A DNA stretch of 64,000 nucleotides from the sequence record SRR31156797_8254; one strand, 5' to 3'. Below are positions 48,106 through 58,595 of the stretch, piece by piece. Each line of letters begins with the position of its first letter. Positions within the stretch are counted from its first letter, which is position 1. The translations under genes were made by a program, and so were the position numbers. Under the pieces are notes generated by a model, which was not told the origin of the DNA, did no database searches, and saw only the letters and a list, made by a program, of their open reading frames with translations.

Positions 48106-49548
48106 ATGAAGATTTATAAAGATGCTTTGACTGGTGCATTCTGGCTCTTGCTAATAAGAGTTATAAGTATGCTGTTATCTTTTACTTCATCAGTCATCTA
48201 TGCTAGATATTTAAATCCAGGTGTATTTGGGTTAATTGGAATAGGGCACATTGTAATTAGTTTAACTAATTCTTGTTCTCAGATGGGCATAAAAGAGGCT
48301 TTGATTCAAAAAAACGGTTCAATTGATAATTACCTTGATGTCGGTTGGACGATGCAATTGATAAGAGGTATAATTCTCTATCTCATAATGTATATTCTAT
48401 CACCAGTGGTGGCTACGTATTTTAATGCACCTAGCTCTGTTTGGATAATTCGTCTATTAGGACTTACAATTCTGATTAATTCCTTTGATAGTATTAGAAT
48501 TGTTTATTTTATTAGAAATCTAGACTTCTCTAAGCGATTTATTTTTGAAGTATTGCCAACTTTATTGAGTGTTATTATAGGTATATTCATAGTTGTAATT
48601 TATAAGAATATATGGGGTTTGGTTGTTAGTAGCCTAATAAGATCTATAATTCAATTGTTTGTATCATACTATATAGCTAATTACATACCTAAGCTGCGAA
48701 TGCATAAACATGAATTTTTGAAAATATTATCATTTGGCAAATGGTTGTTCCTAACAGGGATACTGTTTTTTATTACATCGAGATTTGATAATGTCATAGT
48801 TGGAAGGTATTTAGGTGTAGTATCTCTAGGTATATATAGCTATTCATTTAACTTTGTGGATAAAAGTATAGTTCAAGGTTCAAAAATAATTAGTAGCTTA
48901 ACATTTCCAATTTTTTCAAAAGTTCAAAGCGATAGATCAAAAATAGCAAAAGGTTTATATCTGTCAATTGATGTGATTAACTTAGGCTTATTATACGTGG
49001 TGGCAGGTATTTTAGTATGTTACCGAGATTTTGTTCTATTATTGTTAGGAATGAAATGGTTTGATACAATTTTAATAGTTAAAGTATTGTCAATTTCATC
49101 TTTAATTTCAACATACAGAAGTATTGCAGTTTATATTTCATTAGGAAAGACAAAATTTCAATTTATCTTTGAGTTATTTAGAGCATCAACTATGGTCTTT
49201 TTTATGTATGTTTTATTCAGATTTGAAATGCTAGGTGTTTCTATCGCAGTATTACTAGGTAATTTTGTGGCAACTCTTGCATGGTTTATTAGTTTGAAGC
49301 TGTATATAGATATCAGGTATCGAGATATTTTATTTCGATTTTTTATCTCAACTGTTATATGTTGTATAACTGTATGTTTGTCCAATTTTATTCAGCTTAT
49401 ATTGGTTTTACCTCTAGCTTTTAATTTTATTTTTTCAATTTTTAATGTTACAATAATTTTTTTCGCAATAAATTATTTGTTATATAAGTTTTTAAATTTA
49501 GGTCCTATTGGAAATGTTTTAATTTTTCTGAAGAAAACAAAAAATTGA
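48106..49548 (+). CDS. wzx: Oligosaccharide flippase (WzxC-like) no. 2
   Basis: About 14 TM segments; ARYLNP..FGL, GIKEALIQ, FDNVIVGRYLG..LGIY. Confidence 0.88.
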   Translation: MKIYKDALTGAFWLLLIRVISMLLSFTSSVIYARYLNPGVFGLIGIGHIVISLTNSCSQMGIKEALIQKNGSIDNYLDVGWTMQLIRGIILYLIMYILSPVVATYFNAPSSVWIIRLLGLTILINSFDSIRIVYFIRNLDFSKRFIFEVLPTLLSVIIGIFIVVIYKNIWGLVVSSLIRSIIQLFVSYYIANYIPKLRMHKHEFLKILSFGKWLFLTGILFFITSRFDNVIVGRYLGVVSLGIYSYSFNFVDKSIVQGSKIISSLTFPIFSKVQSDRSKIAKGLYLSIDVINLGLLYVVAGILVCYRDFVLLLLGMKWFDTILIVKVLSISSLISTYRSIAVYISLGKTKFQFIFELFRASTMVFFMYVLFRFEMLGVSIAVLLGNFVATLAWFISLKLYIDIRYRDILFRFFISTVICCITVCLSNFIQLILVLPLAFNFIFSIFNVTIIFFAINYLLYKFLNLGPIGNVLIFLKKTKN

Positions 49549-49675
49549 AAAACTATATTGATGGAATTTAGGTACATTAATAAATGTTCAATTGTAAAGA
49601 ATATATTCGAGATGTTATCATTGTGTTTAAATTTCAGTTGTTCAAATTGTAAAACTATTGTGGAGAATGATTATC

Positions 49676-50212
49676 ATGAAAATTAAAAGTAGTATTAAAA
49701 AATTATTAAAGAAAGCTAATCTATATCATGAAAGATTTAATATAGAAATTGTGAAAAAAAGTGTTGAAACATTTGATAAGACAAAATATAAGGGAACAGA
49801 TGTAGATAAAATAAGAGAGGTTGTACATGTTGATCATCCAGAAACTAGGATTGGGAAACTAGAATTTGGAAAACATATTAGTATAAGAAATACGATTATA
49901 CTGGATTTAGTTGGTGACATTACTATTGGTGATTACTGTATATTTTCTGATAATGTTGCAATAATGACACATGATCACCAGATTAAGGAAAAAATAATAA
50001 TATTAGCTAATGATGAAACCAAAGGTGTTAACTGGAGTTCAATAGAGATTGGAGAGGATGTATATTTTGGAATGAACTCTATAATTACAAAGAATGTAAC
50101 TAAGATACCTAGAGGAGTAGTCATTGGAGCTGGTTCAGTTTTAACGAAAAATCCATCTGAATATGAGATCTGGGCGGGAGTACCTGCTAGGAAAATTGGC
50201 GAGAGGAAATAA
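49676..50212 (+). CDS. Hexapeptide-repeat acyltransferase
   Basis: ITIGD, THDH, IGEDVYFG, VIGAGSV, WAGVPARKI. Start uncertain (49658, 49667 or 49676). Confidence 0.85.
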   Translation: MKIKSSIKKLLKKANLYHERFNIEIVKKSVETFDKTKYKGTDVDKIREVVHVDHPETRIGKLEFGKHISIRNTIILDLVGDITIGDYCIFSDNVAIMTHDHQIKEKIIILANDETKGVNWSSIEIGEDVYFGMNSIITKNVTKIPRGVVIGAGSVLTKNPSEYEIWAGVPARKIGERK

Positions 50213-50531
50213 GAATAGTCATGTGACATATATATTGTTTAAATGATAAATTAAAGTGTATTTTTGTTATGATGATGTCTATAAATTATTTTGGAAGGCT
50301 ATTTAAAGTTGAAAAAAGGATATCTTGTGTGGAGTTTATAGAAGTCAAGACAGAAGTCAACCTGTGAAAAGAGATCTTTTTTAGCAGTGTTGATCATGAG
50401 TCTTGATAAAAGTCATTATTGAGAATTGGTTTATATTAAAAAAAATCAAAATTTGGAAAAGAGTGGGCCGAAAGATTCTTCAGTATGCCCCTTATGAATT
50501 AACTTCTTGTTTTAGAAAAGGTAATTAACTA

Positions 50532-52340
50532 ATGTGTGGAATTTCAGTTATCTTATCAAAAAAAGATATTGATGAAAATGTTTATTTGAAATCATTAAAA
50601 ATCATCAATCATAGGGGACCTGACAGCTCCGATCAAAAAATAGTTAGGAAAGACAATTATAACTTAGCTTTAGGACATAATCGTTTATCAATCATTGATT
50701 TATCAGAGTCTGGCAATCAACCGATGAGTTATTCAAATGGGCGATATACAATAGTTTTCAATGGTGAAATTTATAATTATTTAGAGCTGCGTAACATACT
50801 GTTAAGTTATGGATATCAATTTAAAAGTACTTCAGATACTGAAGTATTATTGGCGTGTTTTCAGCAATGGTCTGAGAATATGTTAAATAAATTGAATGGT
50901 ATGTTTGCATTTTGCATATTTGATAAAGAAGATGATACTTTATTTATTGCACGTGATAGATTCGGTATTAAACCACTCTACTACAAATATAAAGAAAACT
51001 ATGAACTCAAAATAGCCTCCGAGATAAAGCAACTCATAATTAATGAGAAGCCTAAAGTGAACTGGGGAATTGCATCTTCATTTATTGCACATAGAGAATT
51101 TGAATATAACAATGAAACATTCATAGATGGAGTCTATAAGGTATTACCTGGTGAGTGTATTAATGTAAATCTCCAAGAAGTTAAGATGGTTAAAAAGCCC
51201 TGGTACAGTGGGCTCTCTAATAATATTAATTATAGTAATTATGAATTTTCAGATGTTGTAAATGATTTTTCTGAAATTTTTAATGACTCTGTTCGTTTGA
51301 GACTAAGATCTGATGTCGAAGTAGGTTCTTGCCTGTCAGGAGGGCTAGATTCATCTTCAATCGTATGTACAGTGAACAATATATTAAAGGAAAGTAATAG
51401 AGGTCACATTCAGAGTACGTTCTCATCATGTTTTAATGACAAAAAATATGATGAACGTGAATATATTGAAGCTGTTACTTCGCATACAAATACTACAAGT
51501 CATTATACTTTTCCTAATCTTAAAGATTTTTGGAAAAAAATGGATCAAATAATTTGGCATCAAGACGAACCTATATGGTCAACAAGTTTGTTTGCTCAAT
51601 GGCATGTGTTTGAATTGGCAGCTAAAAACAATGTAAAAGTAATGTTAGATGGGCAGGGTGCAGATGAAATATTGGTTGGTTATACAAATATGTTTACATC
51701 AGCTGCAGTCAAAGGATTAATAACCGGATCTATTTTGAATAGAATTAAATATTCACCTTATCAAATAAAAACTAGCCTATCACAACTTAGACATAAAAAA
51801 TCTTACAATTGGCTAGAGAAGGAATATAAGGGTATTTTAAAAGAAAAATTCAATCCTCAACAATGTAATTCAGTAAGAGAGCTATCTAAAGAATTAATTC
51901 TTCGATATCATTTGCCAGCTCTCTTACATTATGAGGATCGTAATTCTATGGCTCATTCAGTTGAATCAAGGGTACCTTTCTTGGATCATAGACTAGTTGA
52001 ATATGCTATAAATTTACCGGATAATTATAAGTATTCGAAAGAAAGCAGTAAGAGAATACTTCGAGAGTCAATGAAAGGTATTATTCCGAATAAAGTTTAT
52101 AATAGGAAAGATAAGATGGGATTTGTAACTCCCCAACAGAACTGGATGTTTGGTGAGCATAAAAACGATTTCCGCGATCATCTAAAGGAAACAGTATCTC
52201 TTAAGCCTTTCAATTCTGAAAAAATAATACAGTGGTTCGATGATATGTCTGATGGGCGTGTTCCATTTGATAATACAATCTGGAGAATAATATCATTTGG
52301 AAAATGGCACAAGATTTTTAACCTTGAGACTGACATATAA
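50532..52340 (+). CDS. asnB: Asparagine-synthase-like glutamine amidotransferase (WbpS-like)
   Basis: MCGI, HRGPD, RLSIID, NGEIYN, LSGGLDSS, GQGADE, EDRNSMA, RVPFLD. Confidence 0.93.
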   Translation: MCGISVILSKKDIDENVYLKSLKIINHRGPDSSDQKIVRKDNYNLALGHNRLSIIDLSESGNQPMSYSNGRYTIVFNGEIYNYLELRNILLSYGYQFKSTSDTEVLLACFQQWSENMLNKLNGMFAFCIFDKEDDTLFIARDRFGIKPLYYKYKENYELKIASEIKQLIINEKPKVNWGIASSFIAHREFEYNNETFIDGVYKVLPGECINVNLQEVKMVKKPWYSGLSNNINYSNYEFSDVVNDFSEIFNDSVRLRLRSDVEVGSCLSGGLDSSSIVCTVNNILKESNRGHIQSTFSSCFNDKKYDEREYIEAVTSHTNTTSHYTFPNLKDFWKKMDQIIWHQDEPIWSTSLFAQWHVFELAAKNNVKVMLDGQGADEILVGYTNMFTSAAVKGLITGSILNRIKYSPYQIKTSLSQLRHKKSYNWLEKEYKGILKEKFNPQQCNSVRELSKELILRYHLPALLHYEDRNSMAHSVESRVPFLDHRLVEYAINLPDNYKYSKESSKRILRESMKGIIPNKVYNRKDKMGFVTPQQNWMFGEHKNDFRDHLKETVSLKPFNSEKIIQWFDDMSDGRVPFDNTIWRIISFGKWHKIFNLETDI

Positions 52341-52359
52341 AATTATATAAGGATATAAT

Positions 52360-53250
52360 ATGGATAGACCAACTGTTAGTGTTATTATTACAACATTTAA
52401 TAGAGAAAACATGGTTATTGATACAATAAATAGTGTCTTGAATCAAGATTTTCAAGATTTTGAAATTATTGTTGTTGATGACTGTTCGTCAGATAATACA
52501 TCTGAATTGTTTAACGATGATTTAGATCCAAGAATCAAATACTATCGACATGAAAAAAATAAAGGTGTTCAGTTTTCTTCAAAAACTGGCTTTTCACATT
52601 CCAAGGGTAAATATGTAGCATTTATTGGTGATGATGATATATGGACAAAAAACTACAAGCTTCGCAAACAAGTTGAGATACTTGATAATGATACTGAAAA
52701 CCGTATTGGTATAGTTACAACTTCAGTAAAAGTTCTGCAAGATGATCATGAATTCGTAAGGATTATAAAGCATCCTAAAAATATTATAAAACACTTGTTA
52801 AAAACGAACGGGATAATTTATGGATCTTGTGCATTATTAAGGAGAGATGCATATATCAAAGCAGGTGGTTTTGTTGAGGAATTGCCAAAGGGAACGGATT
52901 CTGATGTTTTTAGACGTATTGTATTGCTAGGTTATGATGTACATTTTATTGAAGAGGCAATGGTTGATTATAATGAGATTAACCAAGATCGAATGACCTT
53001 ACTCAATGAAAAGGGAGTTATGAGGTCTATTCAAGGATTAAATTATATCTTTAAAACATATTCTCACTACCTTGATCTCTATCCTTCTGTTAAATCATAT
53101 AGATATTATTGGCTTGCTAATATGTATTCAAAATTATTTCAATTAAAGAAAAACTATTATATTATTAAAACAGCAAAGAGAATGTATTTTAAGAGTTGGT
53201 GTTGTTATCCAATGAATATAAAAGCTTTATATAAATTCCTTTTTACGTAG
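52360..53250 (+). CDS. Glycosyltransferase family 2
   Basis: VSVIITTFNR, VVDDCSSD, FIGDDD. Confidence 0.9.
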   Translation: MDRPTVSVIITTFNRENMVIDTINSVLNQDFQDFEIIVVDDCSSDNTSELFNDDLDPRIKYYRHEKNKGVQFSSKTGFSHSKGKYVAFIGDDDIWTKNYKLRKQVEILDNDTENRIGIVTTSVKVLQDDHEFVRIIKHPKNIIKHLLKTNGIIYGSCALLRRDAYIKAGGFVEELPKGTDSDVFRRIVLLGYDVHFIEEAMVDYNEINQDRMTLLNEKGVMRSIQGLNYIFKTYSHYLDLYPSVKSYRYYWLANMYSKLFQLKKNYYIIKTAKRMYFKSWCCYPMNIKALYKFLFT

Positions 53251-53264
53251 AAGTAGGTGAAAAT

Positions 53265-54320
53265 ATGTATAGAATAGGATTAGTCGGATGTGGAAGGATT
53301 GCTAAAAGACATTCAGAGCTGCTAGGAAATGGACAAATAAGTAATGCAGAATTAGCTGCAGTATGTGATATCGATGAGAATAAAGCGAAGCTAATAGGCG
53401 ATGAGTTTTCTGTTCCTTATTATACTGATATGAATTTGATGATGCAGAATGAAGATATCGATTGTGTTTCAGTACTTACAGAGAGTGGTAACCATGCAAG
53501 GCATACCATCGAACTGGCAAAGTATGGCAAACACATTTTAGTTGAAAAGCCAATGGCTCTAACACTTGATGACGCTGATAAAATGATTCGTGAGTGCGAC
53601 AAATTTGGGTGTCGTCTGTTTGTTGTAAAGCAAAATCGCTTTAATGTCCCGGTTCAGAAGCTGAAAGAAGCAATTGATGAAGGAAAATTCGGTAAAATGA
53701 CTCTGGGTACTGTACGTGTTCGCTGGTGCAGACCCCAGGACTATTATGATAGAGATGACTGGCGTGGTACATGGGCTTTAGATGGAGGCGTTTTGACGAA
53801 TCAGGCCAGTCACCATATAGATCTTCTTGAGTGGTTGATGGGTGATGTGGAGAGTGTCTTTGGTAAGAGTATAACGTCTCTTGCAGATATTGAAACAGAA
53901 GATACCGCAGTGGTTACAGTGAAATTCAAAAGTGGTGCGTTGGGGATTATTGAGGCGACAACGGCGACTAGGCCTAAAGATATTGAAGGGTCTGTCTCAA
54001 TATTAGGAGAAACCGGTACTGTCGAAATTGGAGGCTTTGCCGTTAACCAGTTGAAAATATGGAATTTTACTGATGAAGTACAGGATGAAGAGATATTTTC
54101 TAAGTATTCGGTAAATCCTCCTGATGTATATGGTTTCGGTCATAAAACTTATTACAACCATGTTATCGATTGTCTGGAGAACAATAAACAACAACTCGTT
54201 GATGGCTTGGAAGGAAGAAGAAGTCTCGAACTTATAATGGCTATTTATGAATCAATCGAAACAGGTAAAGAAGTTTTTCTTCAATTTAAACCCAATAAAT
54301 GTAGATTAGGAATGAAATGA
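53265..54320 (+). CDS. UDP-GlcNAcA 3-dehydrogenase-like Gfo/Idh/MocA oxidoreductase (WlbA/WbpB type)
   Basis: VGCGRI, TESGNH, EKPMAL, VVKQNRFN, WRGTWALDGGVLTNQASH, VYGFGH. Confidence 0.85.
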   Translation: MYRIGLVGCGRIAKRHSELLGNGQISNAELAAVCDIDENKAKLIGDEFSVPYYTDMNLMMQNEDIDCVSVLTESGNHARHTIELAKYGKHILVEKPMALTLDDADKMIRECDKFGCRLFVVKQNRFNVPVQKLKEAIDEGKFGKMTLGTVRVRWCRPQDYYDRDDWRGTWALDGGVLTNQASHHIDLLEWLMGDVESVFGKSITSLADIETEDTAVVTVKFKSGALGIIEATTATRPKDIEGSVSILGETGTVEIGGFAVNQLKIWNFTDEVQDEEIFSKYSVNPPDVYGFGHKTYYNHVIDCLENNKQQLVDGLEGRRSLELIMAIYESIETGKEVFLQFKPNKCRLGMK

Positions 54321-55048
54321 AAAATATTGTATTCCTCGGGGCTAAAAAAATTGGACTAGACTGTCTGTCTTTTCTGAATGTGAATAGACGCTCTTTAGAT
54401 ATTAATATTATTGGAGTGCTAACTAATGCTCGAGGTACGGCTATCAAGTCATATTGTGAAGAAAATGATATACCTCTGATTTCATCGCTAAGTGATTATC
54501 TGGAATTAACTAGCCCTGTGAATCTTGCTATTTCTGTTCAATATCATGAGATTTTAAAGAAGGTGCATATATGTAAAGCAGAGTTGACTATAAATCTGCA
54601 TATGGCTCCGCTTCCTGAATATAGGGGCTGTAATCAATTCTCATTAGCGATTATTAATGGAGATAGTGAATTTGGTACGACAATTCACGTAATGAATGAA
54701 AAAATAGATGATGGGGATATTATTTATGAATCAAGATTCTCAGTTCCTGATAACTGTTGGGTTGAAGAATTATATTTATTAACTGAGTCAAAGTCGTTGG
54801 AGTTATTTCGTAACTCAATAAAATCAATTCTTGACAGATCCTTTAAGTTAAAAAAGCAGGAAGAGTTCTTCGATACACGTTCAACATCTCTGAATTTTAG
54901 AAAAGATATAGAAAAAATGAAGTTTTTAGATCTTAATTGGAATTCTGAAAAGATAGAGCGCCATATACGAGGTACTTATATGCCTGGGTTTGCCCCTCCA
55001 TATTTTTTAATAGCGGGGAAAAAAGTATACATAAAAAGGGAAGAGTAG
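54317..55048 (+). CDS. Sugar N-formyltransferase
   Basis: INLHMAPLPEYRG, GTTIH.M...IDDGDII formyltransferase motifs. Confidence 0.85.
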   Translation: MKNIVFLGAKKIGLDCLSFLNVNRRSLDINIIGVLTNARGTAIKSYCEENDIPLISSLSDYLELTSPVNLAISVQYHEILKKVHICKAELTINLHMAPLPEYRGCNQFSLAIINGDSEFGTTIHVMNEKIDDGDIIYESRFSVPDNCWVEELYLLTESKSLELFRNSIKSILDRSFKLKKQEEFFDTRSTSLNFRKDIEKMKFLDLNWNSEKIERHIRGTYMPGFAPPYFLIAGKKVYIKREE

Positions 55049-55053
55049 GAAAG

Positions 55054-56157
55054 ATGGTTAAATTCCTTGATTTGAATAAGCAATATGAGACAATAAAAAA
55101 GGAAATTGATGAGGCAGTTGCTTCTGTTATAACTAATAGTGCCTTTATTGGAGGACCGTATCTTAAACAGTTTGAGGATGAGTTTCGAACTTATCTCAGC
55201 GCTGATTATTGTATCGGGGTGGGTAATGGAACAGATGCCTTGGAAATTGCTATAGAGTCTTTAAACTTACCTGAGGGAAGTAAGATTATTGTTCCGGCGA
55301 ACTCGTTTGTTGCAAGCTCTGAAGCCGTTACCAGAGTTGGTCATAGTGTACTTTTTTGTGACGTTAGTACAGACGATTATCTGATCGATTATGCAGATCT
55401 TGAAAAAAGAATTACTCCAGAAGTTTCTGCTGTCATAGCCGTCCATCTTTACGGACACCCTTGCAATATGGATGAGTTACTCAGGTTGAGAGAAAAGTAC
55501 GGCTTTAAACTAATTGAGGATTGTGCACAGGCTCATGGAGCAGAATATAAAGGAAAGAAAGTAGGATCTTTCGGTGATATAGCTGCATTCAGTTTCTATC
55601 CGGGTAAGAACCTTGGGGCATATGGTGATGGAGGGGCTATAGTAACAAATAGTGATGAACTAGCTCTTCATTGTCGTAAAATTGCAAATCATGGTAGGGT
55701 TCAGAAATATAACCATGAGATTGAAGGTCGAAATTCACGTTTGGACGGTCTTCAGGCAGCGATCCTCTCTGTAAAGCTTAAACATTTGAATGATTGGAAT
55801 GAAAATCGAAGAGAAATCGCAGATGTTTATATGAAAGAGCTTAAAGGTGTTGGGGATATTATACTTCCCCATTATAATTCGGAAAATACCAAAACGGTCT
55901 ATCATTTATTTGTTGTAAGGAGTAAACAGAGAAATGAGCTTCAAAAGTATTTGAAGGCAAATGAAATTCAATCAGGAGTTCATTATCCTATATCACTTCC
56001 TAAACTGAAAGCTTATAGCTATATTTCTAATAACGAGTCATATAGAGCTGATACGATATCCCAAGAACTCATAAGTCTTCCTATGGGGGATCAAATTACT
56101 GTTGATGAAGCATTTCTTGTGACTAAAGTAATAAAGGATTTTTTCTGCAATGATTGA
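55054..56157 (+). CDS. DegT-family aminotransferase (WbpE/WlbC/FdtB-like)
   Basis: VGNGTDAL, VHLYG, EDCAQAHGA, SFYPGKNLGAYGDGG, NSRLD. Confidence 0.9.
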   Translation: MVKFLDLNKQYETIKKEIDEAVASVITNSAFIGGPYLKQFEDEFRTYLSADYCIGVGNGTDALEIAIESLNLPEGSKIIVPANSFVASSEAVTRVGHSVLFCDVSTDDYLIDYADLEKRITPEVSAVIAVHLYGHPCNMDELLRLREKYGFKLIEDCAQAHGAEYKGKKVGSFGDIAAFSFYPGKNLGAYGDGGAIVTNSDELALHCRKIANHGRVQKYNHEIEGRNSRLDGLQAAILSVKLKHLNDWNENRREIADVYMKELKGVGDIILPHYNSENTKTVYHLFVVRSKQRNELQKYLKANEIQSGVHYPISLPKLKAYSYISNNESYRADTISQELISLPMGDQITVDEAFLVTKVIKDFFCND

Positions 56158-56896
56158 GGAACAGAGGATTCAAGAGGATGAATATAGTTTCCCGTATCAT
56201 TATATACCAAGCTCTTCTAGCGGGTTTACTCAAACATTTAACTGGACTTGGGGAATAAACTATATCTCAGCATTAGAATATGTTTTAGGGAAGATCGCTG
56301 GATTTGGTATTGATTCAGTTTGTGACATAGGTTGTGGTGATGGACGTTTCGTTCGGGAATTACATAAAAAATTTAGTAATCTAGAAGTTTTAGGAATAGA
56401 CTATTCGCAGAGAGCGATTATGATTGCAAAAGCTTTAAATCCAAAATTGAGATTTGAAGAAGCTGATATTTTAAGTGAGGGGTATAATTTTAAAGAGAGA
56501 TTTCAGTTGTTAACAATGATTGAAGTTTTTGAACATATTCCATTGGACCGGGCAATGGACTTTGCAAGGAAAATATCTTCATTGCAAGTGAAGGGTGATA
56601 AGTTAATTATCACTGTTCCACATAAAAATAAACCTCTTAATAAAAAGCACTTTCAGCATTTTGATAAGCAGAGCATTTTGGGATATTTTAATGATGGATA
56701 TATTGTTAAAGATCTTGTATATTTTGATAGAAAATGTAAGATGAAAAGAATCATAGATACACTCCTAACGAATCGCCTATTTATATTAAATAATAAATTA
56801 ATTAAAAAATTAATCTATTCTTTCTATATAAAATATTGTTTTATAGCTTCCGATATAAACTGTAATAGAATGTATCTAGAGCTGGAGCGTATGTAG
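56150..56896 (+). CDS. Class I SAM-dependent methyltransferase
   Basis: DIGCGDG, GIDYS, IEVFEHI, IITVP. Confidence 0.88.
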   Translation: MIEEQRIQEDEYSFPYHYIPSSSSGFTQTFNWTWGINYISALEYVLGKIAGFGIDSVCDIGCGDGRFVRELHKKFSNLEVLGIDYSQRAIMIAKALNPKLRFEEADILSEGYNFKERFQLLTMIEVFEHIPLDRAMDFARKISSLQVKGDKLIITVPHKNKPLNKKHFQHFDKQSILGYFNDGYIVKDLVYFDRKCKMKRIIDTLLTNRLFILNNKLIKKLIYSFYIKYCFIASDINCNRMYLELERM

Positions 56897-56898
56897 TC

Positions 56899-57804
56899 TT
56901 GATTCCCAATATTTCGATTTGTATTTGTACTTATAATCGTTCAGAGACGTTACCTTCTGCGATTAAATCTGTATTGGCACAATCATATGAAGATTATGAG
57001 TTGATTATTGTGGACGATTGTTCTGATGATGATACCGCTGGAGTTGTTTCATTATTTAAGGAAAATCTAACTAATCTTCGGTATATAAGACATAGTGAGA
57101 ACAAAGGATTAGCAGCTGCTCGTAATACAGCTATCAGGGAAGCTCATGGGCGTTTTTTTACGTTCTGTGATGATGACGATATCTGGGATCAAAACTATTT
57201 AAAAGAATTTGTAGAACTTGCGAAGTTTTATGACTCTTCATGGTGCTTCTGCTGCGGATCACGTACTGAGGATGGTACGGTGCTTTCTAATTTGAGTCTT
57301 GATGGTAAGCTGAAAGATTATATTAAAAAAGGTTATACGCCTCCAGTCGCCGGACAATTTTACTTTATCGATCAATTGAGAGCTATTGATGGATATAATG
57401 AGAGGATTAGAAGTGGTGTTGATCATGATTTATGGATAAGGTTGTCCATAAACAATGGTAATATCAAATCATTAGGAAGGGCTTTAGCCATTCCAAACCA
57501 GGTATACTCACCTGAAAGAATGACGACCAATGAGAATAAAAGGAGGCAGGGGATAGAGGAGTCCCTGGGAATCTGGAAGGAAGATTTAGTAAAATATTTT
57601 GGAGTAGCATTTTTTAATAAGTTCCAGAAGTCTTATCGAGTATATATGGATAAGAAATTTATTTTTGAGTATTTGAAATCACGCTCTTATTTCAAAGCCA
57701 TTATGGTTTTCATAAAGTCCCCCGTTAAATTATTGTTTATTAGATCTATTCTACAGAAGAAGCTGAACAAGGACAAGGAGAGTCCTCTATTGTATATTAG
57801 ATGA
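56899..57804 (+). CDS. Glycosyltransferase family 2
   Basis: CTYNR, VDDCSDD, NKGLAAARN, FCDDDD; TTG start. Confidence 0.9.
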   Translation: MIPNISICICTYNRSETLPSAIKSVLAQSYEDYELIIVDDCSDDDTAGVVSLFKENLTNLRYIRHSENKGLAAARNTAIREAHGRFFTFCDDDDIWDQNYLKEFVELAKFYDSSWCFCCGSRTEDGTVLSNLSLDGKLKDYIKKGYTPPVAGQFYFIDQLRAIDGYNERIRSGVDHDLWIRLSINNGNIKSLGRALAIPNQVYSPERMTTNENKRRQGIEESLGIWKEDLVKYFGVAFFNKFQKSYRVYMDKKFIFEYLKSRSYFKAIMVFIKSPVKLLFIRSILQKKLNKDKESPLLYIR

Positions 57805-58595
57805 AGAAATACCCAATCCTTTCAATCATAACTGTTACATATAACGCTGGAAGAGTCCTGGAGAGGACTATCAGATCTATATTAGATCAGAAATGTGATT
57901 TTATCGAGTTCATAATTATTGATGGCGCATCTACTGATGATACAATTAATATTGCAGAAAAATATAAGGAGTCTATCAATAAGATCATATCCGAGCCAGA
58001 CAATGGGCTTTATGATGCGATGAATAAAGGCCTTAGCTTAGCCAGTGGAGAATTCGTTTGTTTTTTAAACGCAGGGGATTACTTCTGTAATGATCGAATA
58101 ATTCATACTGTGTTTAGTGACAATGACTATGGAAATTTTGATCTGATCTATGGGGATGCTTTTCTTATCGATCAGGACTTTAATAAAATACGTGAGTTGA
58201 AAGCAGGTTTAATCAATAAGAAGAAAAGCAGAAAAGGAATGGTTATTTGTCACCAATCTATGTTTGTAAGAAGATCTATTGCCCCCCTTTATGATTTAAA
58301 TCTTGTATATAAGGCAGAGTTAAACTGGTTGTTGGATATCATGGAGTCAACAAATGAGGAGCGAATAAAGTATCATTCTTTTAGTATTGTGGATTATATG
58401 GTGGGAGGATTCTCACAGCAGCACTTCTATAGTAATTTTAAAGAACTTGTGGCTCTGCTACATAGACGCTTCGGTCTTATTCAGACTTTTATAAATATAC
58501 CTCGCTATATAAGACTGTTTATAGGGTTTTATTTTCGAAAACACCTCAATATCCATACATTTCGCTTTTGGACTTATTTTAGGAGGAGTAGATGA
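57801..58595 (+). CDS. Glycosyltransferase family 2 (WcaE/WfgS-like)
   Basis: TVTYN, IDGASTD, SEPDNGLYDAMNKG, FLNAGD, HQS. Confidence 0.9.
   Translation: MKKYPILSIITVTYNAGRVLERTIRSILDQKCDFIEFIIIDGASTDDTINIAEKYKESINKIISEPDNGLYDAMNKGLSLASGEFVCFLNAGDYFCNDRIIHTVFSDNDYGNFDLIYGDAFLIDQDFNKIRELKAGLINKKKSRKGMVICHQSMFVRRSIAPLYDLNLVYKAELNWLLDIMESTNEERIKYHSFSIVDYMVGGFSQQHFYSNFKELVALLHRRFGLIQTFINIPRYIRLFIGFYFRKHLNIHTFRFWTYFRRSR

Noticed and set aside
50326-50385. TTG-start mini-ORF MCGVYRSQDRSQPVKRDLF resembling an asnB start (MCG) in the gap before asnB
   Set aside because: Similarity stops after three residues and no HRGPD follows; cannot be called a remnant.
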